Part shown: positions 9,356 to 20,222 of the stretch, piece after piece
Numbering within the stretch: position 1 is the stretch's first letter
Layout: every line of letters begins with the position of its first letter
Assembly: GCF_024521635.1 (NCBI RefSeq)
Contig: NW_026250452.1
Location: 62,001-85,606 of the forward strand
DNA: 23,606 nt
DNA from: Tricharina praecox
Taxonomy: Eukaryota
Direction of reading: 5' to 3'
Made by a program: the position numbers and the translations under genes
Notes under the pieces: model-generated
What the model was told of the DNA's origin: nothing
Databases searched by the model: none
The model's input: only the letters and a program-made list of their open reading frames with translations

Positions 9356-12019
9356 CATGCATCCTGATTCTTGCAATGCAGCAATTCCCCGCTCTCTGTG
9401 CCTGCTCTCCGGTATCCTGTTGTACTCCTGCGATGCAGCTATATTGGACTCGCAAGGCGTACGCTCTCCCATCCGATCGTGCACAATTCACCGGGCGTAC
9501 TCCCATTCCACACTGGATTCGCCTTCTTTCGAGTATGGATTTTTCATCGATCCTGGCATGTATTCGTAGCCGATTTGTTGCGGGCTTCGCCGTCGTTTTG
9601 GCAGTAGATTCTGCCCTGCATTCGTCGTCGTAACGGTACTCGGTTCGACGCGATTTCCTGCACCCGTCTTCAAGTGGCTGAAGTCCCACCAATCGTCATA
9701 AACGGCAAACCTATTCCCCCAAACCGGCAGTGCACTCACGCCGGATTTTTGTCAGTTCGATTGCGCGCTGTCAACTAGACTATCAACAAAACTTTTGCCA
9801 CGAAATTCGTCGAGAAATATACTCACCTTAGAGCGTTCAGGGCGGGAATGCTGCAACTCGGTCTAGAGGGGATCGCGTCGGGTAGCTGGTCGTGCACCAA
9901 CATGCAACGAACGCGACCAAAAGCACCCGTGTTTGGTGCCGTGTCGACGAGGCCGTGTGTTGGTAACTCAATTACCAACACGTCAATACTAGTAAAAATC
10001 TTCCAGGTTTTCAGTTACGACAGGCTGGCGGCGTCCTCTGCAACTTCAGGCTCCGAGGGCGTGGCTGTTTCAACCTGCGCAAGGGATTGATCAAACCCGA
10101 TGAGTCGGAAGTGGCTTTTGACAGTGGCCTTGAGAGTTGAAACCAGTGAATTAGGAGTTTGAGTGTGCCATTTGTTTGGTGCATCTCGATCCTAAATTTG
10201 GTGGACATCAACAACAGGCGGGCGAATCGGGCGCCTGCCAGGACGCCAGTCTGATGGGGGGCCCACAGTCCTGGACGGTCTGGGGCGAGGCAACCAAAGG
10301 ATTAGTCCATCCAGTCTGCAGGTGAGATGCCCACATACCCTGCGACCATGTACCTTTGGCTGCCTGATAACCTTAGCGCGCCAGCCACGTTTTCACCCAG
10401 AAATCAGGGTTCTCGGTTCCGCGATCAGCAAGCTAGATTTGGCGACGATACTAGTAGATACTGTACATATCGTGTGTTCAGGCCGTAGAATGTCTGAATC
10501 GTGGTCTCGACAAGAGATATGTAATTCATGGCAGTGGCAGTGATATCCGACAGGTTGTAGAGAGGGTGGCTGGTGCCCATGGCGAATACGGTGCATGAGG
10601 ATGAAGGGAAATATATTACTCACTTTCTCCCTTTACTACTCGCAGGAAGATGGGGTTAATTACAGATGCAGATTCGTTTGTGAGGAGAGGTTGGTCACGC
10701 CCATCATCCCGAATGCCCGGTCGCCCGGTTTCCGGCGCACTTCAGCGATCGTCTGCCAGTCCATCAATGCACTCAACCTACATACGATGCTGATTTTCTC
10801 TTGGCGGCGCCTGCCTGGGTTGGCGCCGGTTGTCGAATCGTTACATCCCCGTCGTGGGTGTGGATGGTATTCGAAGTTCATGTTCGAATTTCGAACGTGA
10901 ATAGCATGCGAATGCCGAGCCGCTACATATATGGATTTATATACTCTAGACGACTGCCCTATATGAGTGTTTCAGGGAAAGACATTTTGTGGGGGCTAAC
11001 GCTGGCCGGTCGACCAGACGACAGGGGCAAGCCACCCACTAAATTGCTTTCCGTCTCGGTAACAGCCACCTATCATTTTCGATTATGTAGATACCACACT
11101 CTCTGCTGTTCCGCCCATACTCTATTGCCCGGGACTCGGGGTTAGGTTGCTCCCGCCCGTGTTTTGGCGTACCGAGCACGGCAGGATATCGCCAAAACGC
11201 CCGGTTGCCTGAAGGTCGTGCGAGTGGAATTTAAAGTATATGCGAGCTTGGCTCTAAAGGCAGGCATAGCTGTGTATTTTGCCCGAACCGCACAACCAAA
11301 GTGGAAAATCCGAACGCAACGTAATGCCGTTCGGTAACTCGACGAAATCGATGCAAGGCCAATAACTATCCGAAGAAGAGAATTCGAGAACGTGAAGCGG
11401 GTGGTTATTTCACATCGGCGTGGAACCGTGAGGTTATTCGTGTCCTGAGTCCATTTTCCAAGTCTGCAGTATTTTGGTACCAACCTCGACATAAAGATTG
11501 CCGTTCGCCCCCGATCTCTCCCACGGTACAAACTCTATGTACTCTACCTCTGCAACACCTCGCAGGCTCATGGATGCTGATGAACCATGTTTGCACAATC
11601 TACATAATCATCCACATTAAAATCCAGCTACGCACAGGCCTTGACGTGCAGCGAGAGCCAAGAATGCGCACCATATTTAGATTTTCGGTTGCGGGCGCGC
11701 CTGCTCAAACGCGTCTACGCGCTGGCTGACAGAATGAGGTTAGTCTGCATGTCATCTCCGCTTCCACCGTCAGCGAGCGGTTGAACGAACAACTCCATTC
11801 GCCTACTTGATGAATCTACGACGCACGCCCCCACTAGCCCCCGCTTTGAACCGAAATAGATGACCGTCGTATCAGAGTCTAAATCCCCTAGATAAGTTAT
11901 TCCTTCATCCAATGCATTCCACCTTAACTTCACCTCCGACGTTGACCGGCCTCGATTTGCACCTTTAACGCTGAGCACCGAGCCTCCCACCGCACGCATC
12001 ACATCACAGCACAGCACTC

Positions 12020-12804
12020 ATGTCGCGACAATTCCTACTACCGGCGCGGTCGACTCTGGTCGCCATCACACTCCTCCTCTTCACATGGCTACACTCCGTC
12101 TCGGCGCATGCCCAGATAGTGTATCCGGCATGGCGAGGCAACACACTACGCGACGAGATGCAATGGGAATTCCCATGTTTGTGCCGCATCTCTGCCCTTT
12201 CTTCTACATTCCAACTGACCCCGATCGCCAGGTGCCGGACAAGCCCTCACGACGAACCGTACAAAATGGCCCGTTGACGGCGGCGCGCTGTCGGTCATTC
12301 CCGGCTGGAACTCGGGCCACCCAACGTCCTTCTTCTACGTCAACATAGGCTTCGGTACGGATCCGAAGGTGATCGACAACGTGGTCAAAACCGTCTTCCA
12401 GATCACCGCTCCGTCAAGAGATCCCTTCCCCGGCCAGTTCTGCTTTGCCGATCTTTCTCTCCCAGCGAACGACTCCATCCAGGTCGGCAACAATGCAACC
12501 ATCCAGGTTATCCAGATTGCGATGAACGGGGCTAGCCTTTACAACGTATGTCGCTCTTCCATGATGAGATGATGGCGATATAAATACGGCCCAACTAACC
12601 GGATGACAGTGTGCGGATATAACATTCGTCGAGCGCGGCCAAGAAGATCCCATGCCGGAGGGTATGTGCACCAACAGCAGTACCATCAGTTTCAACAGCG
12701 TTTTTGCCACCACATCGGACGGACTTCACACCGCCGGCACACGCACCGGCATCATCAGCTTACTTTTCGCGCTTTCGGTGCTTGCGCAGTGGATTCTGAT
12801 CTGA
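12020..12804 (+). CDS. Secreted GPI-anchored LPMO-like copper protein, X325/BIM1-like family, 221 aa, 3 exons
   Basis: Exons 12020-12176, 12232-12545 and 12610-12804 total 666 nt in frame. A signal peptide ending VSA places His at mature position 1 (HAQIVYPAWRG). Also QWEFPCAG, NRTKWPVDGG, a second His (PGWNSGH), GNNATIQV, LYNCADITF, four Cys, a Ser/Thr-rich tail and a hydrophobic C-terminus (IISLLFALSVLAQWILI). Confidence 0.88.
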
Positions 12805-13834
12805 TCTAACTGCCGCTTTTTTTCCTTCTTCTTTCGATCTCGGAGGGCGGTCAGATCCTACCAATCTGAGTGGCGCTCGATGCAGCGTCGATGACCGAGT
12901 TCCATCCCATTCGTTTGTACATATATTTCTTTTCTTTTCCGCCGCGATGCAGAGCGGTTGGTAGTGCGGTGGTCGCTTTATTATATATTTTTATTTCTTT
13001 CCCAAGTCGTTGGGCCTATCGTTTTCTCTCCGTCTTCCCATTTGTACGCACTATATTGTATAAGTACGGGGGAAACGAAAAGGGAGGGGGTCGGCGGGTC
13101 GCAGGACGTCGGCTCCGACACACGATCGACATAATTCATGTCATCGCCAGCATGGCTCTTTCATTATGGTGCTCGGAGCAGGTTGATATTCGCTGGTCAC
13201 CACCGCAGCCGTTTATAATACGGTCTACCTACTACTCCAATTATGTTTCACCATTTAAACGGATGTACGTGATATGGCTCGCCGCTCGCGTATTTTCTGG
13301 CCCGACAGCTGGTCGCTGCAACCGATGAAGGAAGTGAGGATAATTAGATTCCATCGGCAGCCAAGATGATACGGTTAGATACTCGAGGTTCTGCTGACCC
13401 GCTACCCGGAGGTTCCCTCCAAGCTATATAGTTTTCCTCGCCGCCGGATCCCCATGCCGGCCTTATCGCCGCGTTGAATGGCAACTTCCCATAGGTAACT
13501 CTGTGAATGAAGAGGTTGCCGAGTGGGTCCGGTGGACTGTACAGATCTTTGATGCATGTGTAGTCACTAGTGAATCGGATGCCAAACATCGTTGCCCGGA
13601 CTGCAATCAACGATGCCATTCTATTCACGGCTTCATGCTGCAAGGTGATTATATACGAATCAACCCCATTCAGAACGATTCACCTATGGCGGGCGAATTC
13701 ATGGCCATGGCCATGGACGGTAAAGGGTTCTGACACGCATTTTCCACCTACCCGTGTGTCGAACACCCACGTAGCGGCCCCGCTCCTTTTGTACCGCAAC
13801 GCGAGCACACGTATTGTAGAGTAGTACAGGCCGG

Positions 13835-14195
13835 TGTAATAACCCTTGTACCTCTAGGCGACCGTACCGGAGTCCAGTACCGAGCACACAGTAAGGACCA
13901 GTGCCGCACTCGATTGCGCAATGTTGGAACTACTGCCCGGCGGCACCAGGTGACTGGTCGCACCGATCGGTGTCGACCCAGTCAGATTGTGCTAGTTGAC
14001 GTACCGTACCGGTCGTGAGGTTTGCGACATTGCAGGATACACATGAATGTTAAGGTAGTGGAAAGCTCAGTACCGCTGGGTTCACTATGGTACTGATGTC
14101 CCGCTGAGTCGCCGCGCGCCGTAGTTACTGGTCGGTAAAAACCCTTTGGCTCTGGATTGAGTTCTAAGCCCAGGTTAGAATTCAGTGGTATGACA
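13835..14195. mobile_element. Candidate solo LTR (361 bp)
   Basis: Termini TGTAATAAC...GGTATGACA form a 7/9 inverted match, in the same TGTAA...TGACA style as the Gypsy LTRs. Flanks GCCGG/GCTGC match at only 3/5. Non-coding and rich in GTACCG. Confidence 0.35.
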
Positions 14196-14241
14196 GCTGC
14201 CAGCGTCATGGTCAGTGTTACTCACGGCAATATCATATCGA

Positions 14242-14373
14242 TGTGACGGTTCGCCGCCTCGCCGTGTACCATGCAGTGCCACTATTCTCGCCATGCCGCC
14301 TACCGTAGCGACCCTGTCGGCGTCTCGCCGGGAACGGAATTTTAAAGCTAAGTTAGGCTTTCGTGGCGTCACA
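14242..14373. repeat. 132-bp segment bounded by a perfect 7-bp inverted repeat TGTGACG/CGTCACA (possible mini LTR)
   Basis: TG...CA termini with a 7-bp inverted repeat. The flanks ATCGA/GCGTA are not a TSD. Confidence 0.25.
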
Positions 14374-15348
14374 GCGTAACCATCAGTACCGCCATTTCCG
14401 CGCCATTGTGCTTGACTGGCCCCTCCCTCAACCCTTCCGTTCAATGACTAAACCGCTCGTTCATCTCTTCCGGTGCCCTCAACTCCTCCGATGCCGTCAT
14501 CTCATGCGGTACGGTCAACTCATAGGCTCGGTGTCCGAGTCGTAGCTTGTGCCGGACGACTGGCGACTGGAACTTAGGCGTCCGGACCTTAGGCGTCCGA
14601 GTCAAGTCTGGTGCCTTGAGCGTGATGGGGTCCACGAGCAGCCCTCCGACAGGACGAGCCTGGACGCCATCTACATAGCACACGTATATAGAGTTTCTTC
14701 TGCCGCTGCAGAAGACAGAGAATGATCAAGAAGTGATCCTCCTATAATTGAGGCGCTCCAAGTGGTTAGATCAATGTGGCTGTTTGCGACCCACACTTTA
14801 TTTGTAATCCCCGAGCAGCCCGCTTCCTCAGAAATCATATGTGCTGATCAAGCTATGTTACCACCACTTATCACCGCGTATTCGCTACCCGTCACGCTTT
14901 TCGTTGCACTCACCATGCCAGACGCTGTTTCAGGCATACCTCCTAACACTGCACCTACGGTAGGCATATTCAATACCTGGTTAGGTTCAGGGCGTCGACC
15001 CGCACCCTGGACCTAATCAAGTCTTAAACTGCAAATTCACGCCCCGCTCATATCATACTGTGCAGTACTGATAGGTAAGGGAGAGTACCAACCACGCAGT
15101 AGTAGAATATGGCCTGGCAGTACGCATGTTGGTGGGACAGCGTGGTGACCATCGGTACCCGCCGATACTGAGCGGTACTAATATCTCCGAATGGCTGGTC
15201 GCAGTAATGACGAGTACCCCATGCGGCCAGGGCGGTCAAGATTCGACATCACTTGCTTTCTCGAGTTGGACTGGTCAATATACGTCTCGCGCAACTCATG
15301 ATCACTCACCCCGCGTCTTTGAGGTGCCATTCGCCCTGACTGACCGGA

Positions 15349-15432
15349 TGTGAGACTGGAACGGTTTCGGGACGTCGGAGTCTTGATAGATATCTAGTAT
15401 AGAATAAAAGTCAGGGATTACGATAATTCACA
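15349..15432. mobile_element. Candidate 84-bp mini solo-LTR-like insertion
   Basis: TGTGA...TCACA termini, internal AATAAA, flanks CCGGA/GCGGA (4/5 match, possible TSD). Confidence 0.35.
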
Positions 15433-15980
15433 GCGGAATAATCTTAAGGGGTATCGTCCCCCCCTAGTGTTGGGTGTTCTGGTTGTGGTGATGTTGGGAT
15501 TTCGGTGAGGATAGTAAAGTGACTATATAGTCTACTTGTACACCTGAGAACATGACCAGAAACCTTTGTCATGGGGAATTCCGTTACAAACGCCCTTTGA
15601 GTCTTGCTCTGACAGAAGAGCTACAAAGAGTCACCCCTGGAGTCTAGGCCATAGAGTCGCCGAAAGCTGTCGCGGGGATAGCCATTTCCGACCAGGCCAG
15701 AAGTACTTACCACTTCCTACCCAAGCGTAGCTCAGAGTAAGCAGTACACATCTTCATGTCGGCACAGAGAACCGACCCGGCTCTACAGGCTTCCATTTGT
15801 CGATACATTAGAGTAATTGCGCGTCATAACAGGTTCCATGATCTGCGTTTCCTTTTTACAGGGTTCCATGATGCACTGCCTCAAGCCGTTTCGGCCGTAT
15901 CAGACTTTACCGTGCATCGCCCGTATCGCCGATCGGTGTCTAGACTTTGGATCCCGTTTGCTCACTCCTGCCCAAGTGGT

Positions 15981-16539
15981 TGTAACAGCATGGTCGGGCA
16001 AGGGTCCATGTAGCGAAGTCACGCGGGGGATAGGGTGCTGGGTGCGGCACACGTAAGACGGGTTCAGAGGACAAGGCAAGGCAGGGCTCAGTGCAGACGG
16101 CAACTGAGAACAGAGACAGGGACAAGGACTACGGCGCAGCCCGCAGCCGAGGTAAGGACAGAGATAACAGTGATTGAATTAACAAGTTGTTGCGTGAAGA
16201 ACTAAATACAGAGGGGAAACAGCCAGTTTATATAGAAAATCCTGCACTTCTTCCCGCAACCTGACAATGACCGTGGGCGTGTGCCAGACTCTGACAAATC
16301 CACCTTGTCAGTACCCCGCTTCCGTGACTCATAGCCTGCGCAGCCGCACTACCCCTGCTTCCTGCACACAGCCCCAATCTCCTGCGACTCATTACTGCGC
16401 TATCCCTGCTCCCTGCACACAGCCCCCAATCCTCTGCGACTCCTCCTTGCACTGCCGGTGCACTGCCTCTGCACTGCCCCCCAACTCTCCCGATCCTTGT
16501 GCCGACCCTCCTTTCGTCATCCTGTCGCGAGCCGTGACA
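15981..16539 (-). repeat. 3' LTR (559 bp)
   Basis: Aligns end to end with 21447-22099. Plus-strand termini TGTAAC...GTGACA. TATATAAA on the minus strand at 16227-16234. Confidence 0.92.
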
Positions 16540-19500
16540 GTAGTCCCTCCTAAGGCTGGAGTTCCCACGAGAGCAAGTTCGACTGGTCCAAGCTGCATGG
16601 GGTATCGTCGAAGGAAGTCGTCCACAGCTTGTACCTCGGTAAGGTTCTCCTCTGGTTCCCATGTTGGTGCCGCGTAGCCTCTCCATTTCACCAGGTACTG
16701 GAGTTTGCCCCTGAGGTTCCGGCTGTCTAGGACCTCTTCAACCTCCCATTCTTCTTGGTCGTCCGCGATTACCGGAAGTGGTGGCGGTGGAATTTGTCCA
16801 GGGAAGCGATTGTCAGCGGAGGCATGAAGGAGGGATATAAGAAATGTTCGGTGCTTCTGAACGGTGTCCGGGATGTCCAATTCGTAGGCGTGGGTTCCGA
16901 TTGTCCGAATGACACGGTAGGGACCATGGTGTTTGTTTTCCAGCTTGCGACCGGGTCTCTCGGTGCGCCAGTTCCGACCATCTACCCATACCATGCCGCC
17001 TGGTTGGAAGGCTGGCACAGGGGTTCGGCGTCGGTCGGAGTCGTCCTGTTGCCGTGCCTGGCCATACTGCATTTGGCTGCGGGCGACGTCGTGGATTTGA
17101 TGCAACCGTTCCGCTGCACTCTGAGCTTGATGTTCCTCCTTGGTGTCAACACGGAAATCCAGCTCAAAGTCACACCGTGGGTGGTATCCTAGGTTAGCGA
17201 AGAATGGGGACAGAGTAGCCGTGTCGGAGACCTGGTTGTTGCCAGCGAATTCGGCCAAGAACAGGTAGTCGACCCAGTCATCCTGGAGGTAGCTGACGTA
17301 CGCGCGAAGGTGCTGTTCCATGACGGCGTTTATCCGTTCGGTTTGGCCGTCAGTCTGGGGGTGGAAGGCGTTCGACAGGCGTGCCTCTATCTTAAAGCAT
17401 GAGCGTAGGTGTTTCCAGAACCTCGAGGCAAACTGGGGACCCCTATCTGAGACGATGGTTTCTGGCAACCCGTGGTACCTGAAGATCCGGTCGCAGAACA
17501 GCGCGGCCAGTCCTTCCGAGGTCATGGTCGTGGTACATGGTAGGAGATGGCGTTGCTTGGTCAGTCGGTCAACAAAAACACAGATGGCGTCAAACCCCTT
17601 TGAGGCCTGTAAGCCAGTGACAAAGTCGACTGAGATGTGTTGCCATGGCTTCTCAGGTACTGGGAGGGGGCGCAGGACACCATAGGGTGCGTGTCGGGTG
17701 GCCTTGGTTCGCCGGCAAGTGTGGCAGTTTCGGACAAACTGGTCAACGTCCTTTCGCATCTGTGGCCAGTAGTACCTCCGAGCAAGTAGTTCCAGGGTTT
17801 TCGCGCGCCCTGGGTGCCCCATGGTCGGTGGGCCGTGGTGGTTCTGGATCAGTCGTAGTCGAAGTCGGTCGTACTCTGGAACATAGAGGCGGTCTCGGTA
17901 GATCAGTTGCCCGTAGACTTCGCGGTATTCGGCCAAGGAGATCTCCTTCGAGCGGCGTGTACCATTTCGGATTAGCTCGAGGATTCGATTCGGGACGGGG
18001 TCTATGTCGTAGCCTTCTGTTATCAGTGACGTGAGGAGGGGACGGTCTTGTTCGGGTGTGTTGGTTGCTGTCAACCGGAGCTCTTCCGGTAGGTTGTCCG
18101 GTTTCAGGACTGCCTGCTGGTTGGCAAGCAGTCTTTCATCCCCTTCTTTAGGGAGGTCTGCTGACCTCCTGGTCAGTGCATCTGGTTTTCCTCCCGCTTT
18201 GCCTGGTCGGTAGACAATCTTGAAATGGAAACGGGAAAGGAACTCTGACCATCGTGCTTGTCGTCGGTTGAGTATTTTCGTTGTCATGAAATACTCCAGA
18301 TTCTTGTGGTCGCTTAGGACTTGGATGGGGTGGGGAGCGTCCTCCAGATGTGGTCTCCACTCCTCAAAGGCGCGGATAATTGCAAGGAGTTCTTTGTCAT
18401 AGATCTCGTAGTTGCATTCTGCCGGGGAGTGTTTCTTGAAATAGAATCCCACTGGGTGCAGGATTCCCTCGTCGTCGTACTGAGATAGGACTCCGGCAGA
18501 GACGTAATCGGAGGCGTCAGTTTCCACTACTATCTGCCGATCGTAGTCGAAGTGCCGGAGGATCGGGGCCGAGGTGAATGCTGTTTTTAGTACGTCGAAT
18601 GCTTTCTGCTGTTCCGGTCCCCACACGAAGGGAACATACTTTCCATCCTCCTTCTTGGTCAATTCTGTCAATGGGGATACCACCTTGGAATAGTCTTGGA
18701 TGAATCGCCGGTAGATGTTTGCAAATCCCAGAAAGCATTGCACACCGGTGACGGTACTCGGCTCCTCCCATTCCAGTATGCAGGAGACTTTCGTTGGGTC
18801 CATCTTGATCCCGTTTGTTGTAATGATCAGTCCCAAATACTTGACTTCCGTATGGTGGAAATGGCATTTTTCGGGTTTGAGATGTAGACTGGCTGTTGAT
18901 AAGGCCTGAAGTACTTTCCCGACATGTTTCCGGTGTTCATCTAAGGATCCGCTGTAAATGAAGACGTCATCGATGAATGCGGTACAGAAGCCGTCGAGGA
19001 ACGGGCGTAGAACATCGTTGATCAGAGCTTGGAAGTCGGCCGGGGCGTTGGTGAGACTGAAGGGCATGACGAGGGATTCGAAGAGCCCATAGCGTGTCCG
19101 GAAGGCAGCTTTCCACTCTTCTCCTTCAGCCATCCGCACATGGTTGTCGGCACCGCGGATATCCAGGGTGGTGAAGTATTTTGCCCCGGATAGCCGCATC
19201 AGAGTTTCTTGGAGAAGTGGGAGTGGGTACCCGTTCTTGATTGTTCCTTCGTTCAGGCCCCTCTAATCCACACACAGGTGTAGGGAGCCATCCGATTTCT
19301 TGACAAAGAGGATTGGCGATGCTGCTGGAGAGGAAGAGGCACCGATGAAACCTTTGCTGAGGTTGTCGTCAAGCCATTCCTTCAGTGCGACAAGCTCCGT
19401 TGTCGAAAGTGAGTACAGTGGTCCGTATGGGGGCGTAAATCCCTCCTTGAGTGGAATCTTATGGTGGTAGTGCCGGTGCGGGGGCAAGTTCTGGGAAAGG

Positions 19501-20222
19501 GCTTCAGAGAACAGCGGTAGGAACTCGTGGTATCCGTGAGGGATATGTGCCGTGGGGTCCTTGTTTCCTTCCAGTGCGCCGTTGACCTCGGCAAGCGTGG
19601 TGTTGAAAATCGTGAGGCTTTCCTTGTTGACCAGTTCTTGGAATGACTCCATCTGTAAGGCTGAGATTCTGACTGTGCTTTCCCTTGAAAGGTTAGTGCA
19701 TTCTTGGTGATTCTTCCTTGGGGGAGACGTAATGTAGCGGGCCACGATGTCGCCGGCCCCCGCGCTTACCGCTGGCTCTTGCTGACCTGCTTTTGACGCC
19801 AGAGCATAGGTAGATATGTCAGGCGGGCCGGTGGTTTTTCCATGTGCAACTGTGGGTACCGCATTGCAGTTGGCTGTGCAGTATTGGGAGCCGAAGGTGA
19901 GGGTTCGGGAGCTGAACCGGATGGCCACATCGTGGAGGTCCATCCAGGGGATTTCGAGTACAACAGGGTAGTGGCCTAGTTTGATGACAAACATAGGGAT
20001 TTCTTCGTGGTGTTCCTGTATGGACAGGGTAGTGGTGGCAACATGTGTGATGTCGCCTGAGTCGATGGGACGGCCATCGATGACTTTGAGACTTCGCGGG
20101 AATTTCAGGGGTACGAGGGGTAGGTGGTGATGGCGGGCAAAGTCTTTGTCTACAAATGCAATTCCGGTTGCCCCACAATCGATCAGCGCATGCGTGGCAA
20201 TAGTTTTGTCTAGGCTTTTCCC
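16392..20222 (-). pseudogene. pol: pol polyprotein (aspartic protease, RT, RNase H, integrase, chromodomain) interrupted by a TAG
   Basis: PR: ALIDCGATG (~20169-20186). RT: ILFVKKSDGSLHLCVD*RGLN with TAG at 19263-19265 where Tyr is expected, AFRTRYGLFE, MPFSLTNAPA, FIDD (18966-18977). RH: ETDASD, YDKELLAI, SDHKNL. IN: HH..GHPG..CHTC, VDFV/SDRG/TERIN (DDE), GPY. Chromodomain: EEWEVEEVLDSR..QYLVKWRGY..TWEP (~16620-16755). Confidence 0.93.
16540..16554 (-). other. Polypurine tract
   Basis: Element sense CTTAGGAGGGACTAC immediately before the TGTCAC start of the 3' LTR. Confidence 0.7.

Noticed and set aside
9400..11900. Many 60-130 aa ORFs and GTTCGA-type words suggesting tRNA or Pol III boxes
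   Set aside because: No protein motifs, no A-box/B-box pair at proper spacing and no cloverleaf could be built.
11400..12019. Mac1-type copper-response element upstream of the X325 gene
   Set aside because: No TTTGCTCA found; only the partial CCTGCTCA near 11700.
2145..12804. Transporter, dioxygenase, HET and copper protein as one functional cluster
   Set aside because: No shared pathway logic, no biosynthetic core gene, long spacers with transposon debris; synteny data would be needed.
12870..13733. ORFs 12870-13328 (+) and 13344-13643 (-)
   Set aside because: The first overlaps a T-rich probable 3' UTR; the second has no identifiable domain and is at most an unassignable relic.
13791..14512. 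CRISPR-like array suggested by recurring GTACCG
   Set aside because: Repeats are only 6 bp with irregular spacing, in a eukaryotic context with no cas genes.
15830..15872. Short direct repeat GGTTCCATGAT twice
   Set aside because: Isolated local duplication with no further structure.
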